IMG/VR virus record: IMGVR_UViG_3300023371_000083
Reading direction: 5' to 3' (one strand)
From: a virus
Lineage: Duplodnaviria > Heunggongvirae > Uroviricota > Caudoviricetes
DNA: 64,000 nucleotides
Shown here in pieces: positions 62,048-64,000 of this stretch. Numbering within the stretch: position 1 is the stretch's first letter; the number at the start of each line of letters is the position of its first letter. The translations under genes and the position numbers were made by a program. The notes beneath the pieces were generated by a model. It ran no database searches, had not been told where the DNA came from, and saw only the letters and a program-made list of their open reading frames with translations.

Positions 62048-62399
62048 TTCTATACTACTTCTGTGATCGGATTCACTTGCTTAATTAGGCGAGTATAGAA
62101 CCATACACATCAAAAATAAAAATCTATGTATGGCAGTCCCGACTGTACCTCATACTCTTTCGAGCAAACTCCCATGCAGTCTGTGTGCCTTCCCGTTTAA
62201 CATATTTTCCGACATGTTACAACTACAAAAATGCAGAAGGGGCTTGGTGGCGGACTAGCGTATTATTCCAGCTTTTAGCATTATTTTTTAGCATGAGCCA
62301 AACACTTTGCTTTTTTCTGTGTTTCCACGACATTCACACTTACCCGTTAAGATTATGTTGTAGTGAAAGTGTTGTTAACGCCTCCCCGCAGTTTGAGAG
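62048..62399. other. 350-nt non-coding, GC-richer structured region between TMP segments (possible ncRNA/intron-like element)
   Basis: No ORF of any size; base composition differs from the flanking DNA; several local hairpins. Confidence 0.25.
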
Positions 62400-64000
62400 T
62401 TAATACGACATGGAGTTACCCCCATGAAGGGCATATACGATTGTAATACCAATACCTTTATAGGCTAGGAAAGAACCAGCAGCGGCAGACATTACTGTAG
62501 GCAATAAGCCTGCAGTTTTTACTAACGCTGTTAATAATTCTAACATTGTTGTTAATCCAGAAATAATTGTTTTAACACTATCTGAATTAACTGTTTCTGC
62601 CCAGAATTCTTCCATTGTTGCTCTTAGAATTTGGACTCTACCATTGATGGAATCTACAATTGCTTCGTTTTCACGCATAGCAGATCCTTCATCATCAGCA
62701 ATAGTTTCTAAAACTTCATCAATTGTTTCCCAGTTTTGTAGTAAGGAAGCAACTGCGTTAGCTCTGTTCTTACCAGCAATTAATTCTAGTAATCCGGCAC
62801 GATCAATGTCACTCATTTTCTCAAATGCTTGACCTAATCCTTTAGCAATTTCAGCTGTTGATTTAAAATCGCCAGAACTTGTTAAGATATCAAAGCCACC
62901 CAAACCATCAACATTTGTTAATGCTTTAATTTGAGCTCTCATTTTTGCAGTGGATGTAACCATACCATCTGTAGATTCACCCATCTGTTCAATTTCAGAT
63001 TTAACACCACGAATACGCAGTGAGAAAATTTTCAATGCAGAACCAGTTACTTCTGTGTCCTGTAATGCTTCATTCATTGCAGTACCCAGAGCGATAGATT
63101 CGGCAAATGTATTATTTGCTACGGCTAATGCTGAAGCGGAACGCTCCAGAACCTCACCAATACCCGCAGAGCTGATGGAGAAGTTATTACCAACTTCATT
63201 ATATGCGTCAATGATACTGATAGAGTCTTTTGCCTCAATATCAAAAGCCCTCATTGCAGTAATCATATCTTTGGTAGCGGTATTAATATCAATACCATCA
63301 CCAACATTTACATATACTGCAGCATTTTTTGCTAATTCGCCAGCGTATTCAATACTTTCACCTAATCTTAACCAGTCGGCTGCAGAATTTCTTAATTCTA
63401 CATTTGTGCTAGCAATTTCTTTTGCAGTTTGGGCTGTTTCTAATCTAAAAGATTCGTATGTTGATTCAGTTTCATCAGATACTTTACGAACTTCAACCAT
63501 TGCAGCATCCATGCTTCTCAATGCTTCAAATCCGTATCTGCCGATGTTAATAACTTCATATAAACTACCGAAGGACAGTAAGTATCTTAATACTTCACGC
63601 CATTTGCCAGCCAAGTTATCAACAAATTGACTTAAACGATTGATGGATTGACCTGTTGCTCTTGTTGTAGCAGTAACTGTTTTTGTTAACTTGCCCATTG
63701 ATGCTGTTAACTGAATTACTTCATTGTTCGCATCTTTAATTTGAGCAGTCCATTTCATAGTGCCAGAAGCTTTGCTTCCAGAAAAACCAGTAGACAGGAT
63801 TTCACCATATTGATTTGCTAAAGCCTTTAATTCATTTTCGGCTTCATCTAAAGTGTCTACGTTGACATCTAAAATTACTGTATCTTTTCTTTCTAGTAAT
63901 TCTAAAATTTCAACAATTTCTTTAACTCTACTTTCTACATAGAATTTCGCTTCATCAAGTTCTTGTTTATTAACATATCCACCTGAAAGTGTATTTTTTA
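62400..64000 (-). CDS. tape measure protein, N-terminal part (TP901-family core region); frame is open to the window edge, so the gene is partial
   Basis: ...GIGEVLERSASALAVANNTFAESIALGTAMNEALQ matches the TP901 TMP core. The frame is open from 63998 down to TAA at 62400. Confidence 0.7.
   Translation of the reverse strand, partial: KNTLSGGYVNKQELDEAKFYVESRVKEIVEILELLERKDTVILDVNVDTLDEAENELKALANQYGEILSTGFSGSKASGTMKWTAQIKDANNEVIQLTASMGKLTKTVTATTRATGQSINRLSQFVDNLAGKWREVLRYLLSFGSLYEVINIGRYGFEALRSMDAAMVEVRKVSDETESTYESFRLETAQTAKEIASTNVELRNSAADWLRLGESIEYAGELAKNAAVYVNVGDGIDINTATKDMITAMRAFDIEAKDSISIIDAYNEVGNNFSISSAGIGEVLERSASALAVANNTFAESIALGTAMNEALQDTEVTGSALKIFSLRIRGVKSEIEQMGESTDGMVTSTAKMRAQIKALTNVDGLGGFDILTSSGDFKSTAEIAKGLGQAFEKMSDIDRAGLLELIAGKNRANAVASLLQNWETIDEVLETIADDEGSAMRENEAIVDSINGRVQILRATMEEFWAETVNSDSVKTIISGLTTMLELLTALVKTAGLLPTVMSAAAGSFLAYKGIGITIVYALHGGNSMSY

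Noticed and set aside
62048-62399. Possible tRNA (a suppressor tRNA candidate) in the long non-coding stretch
   Set aside because: No cloverleaf found by eye: no GTTCGA/TTCRANYC T-loop with matching acceptor stems on either strand. A suppressor tRNA, if phage-encoded, must lie outside this window, or my manual scan missed it. Needs tRNAscan-SE.
1-64000. CRISPR arrays, rRNA genes, transposase genes
   Set aside because: No direct-repeat/spacer periodicity, rRNA-like segments or transposase motifs were seen. The only recombinase is the large serine integrase.

Overview
AT-rich (about 32% GC) genome segment of a temperate tailed phage of the low-GC Firmicutes type. The layout looks like the attP (unintegrated) configuration, or a prophage assembled across its junction. 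The plus strand (1-34.9 kb) carries an early replication and recombination module (Sak-like SSAP, SSB, DnaB-like helicase, DnaG primase, Cas4-like nuclease, DnaE-like polymerase), plus RtcB/Pth2 tRNA-repair genes, a NadR/PnuC NAD-salvage pair and a cysteine desulfurase. It then carries a nucleotide-metabolism module (dNK-like kinase, ThyX, guanylate kinase, NrdD/NrdG, FolD, dUTPase, ligase, metallophosphatase, SPFH and BI-1/YccA-like membrane proteins). A short 5' fragment of a miaB-like gene sits directly beside a large serine recombinase (35.1-36.8 kb). The minus strand (37.3-64 kb) carries lysis genes, a putative CMP-nonulosonic-acid (KDN/sialic-like) pathway, a radical SAM enzyme, a ParB-like protein, XkdX-like small proteins, tail fibers (collagen-like, heptad-repeat and Gly-rich), a roughly 1280-aa Tal/receptor-binding protein, a Dit-like protein and a tape measure protein split by a 1.1-kb insertion. 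The central observation is that many middle and late genes contain in-frame TAG codons inside conserved domains (NrdD x3, ThyX x2, a 3D domain, a HAD phosphatase, Gmk, Tal, Dit, a holin and others), whereas the early replication genes and the integrase have none. This argues for amber stop-codon recoding or suppression. Internal paralog alignments place TAG at a conserved Tyr/Phe position, hinting at Tyr or another aromatic rather than Gln. Coordinates I derived by eye, rather than taken from the ORF track, may be off by 1-3 nt.
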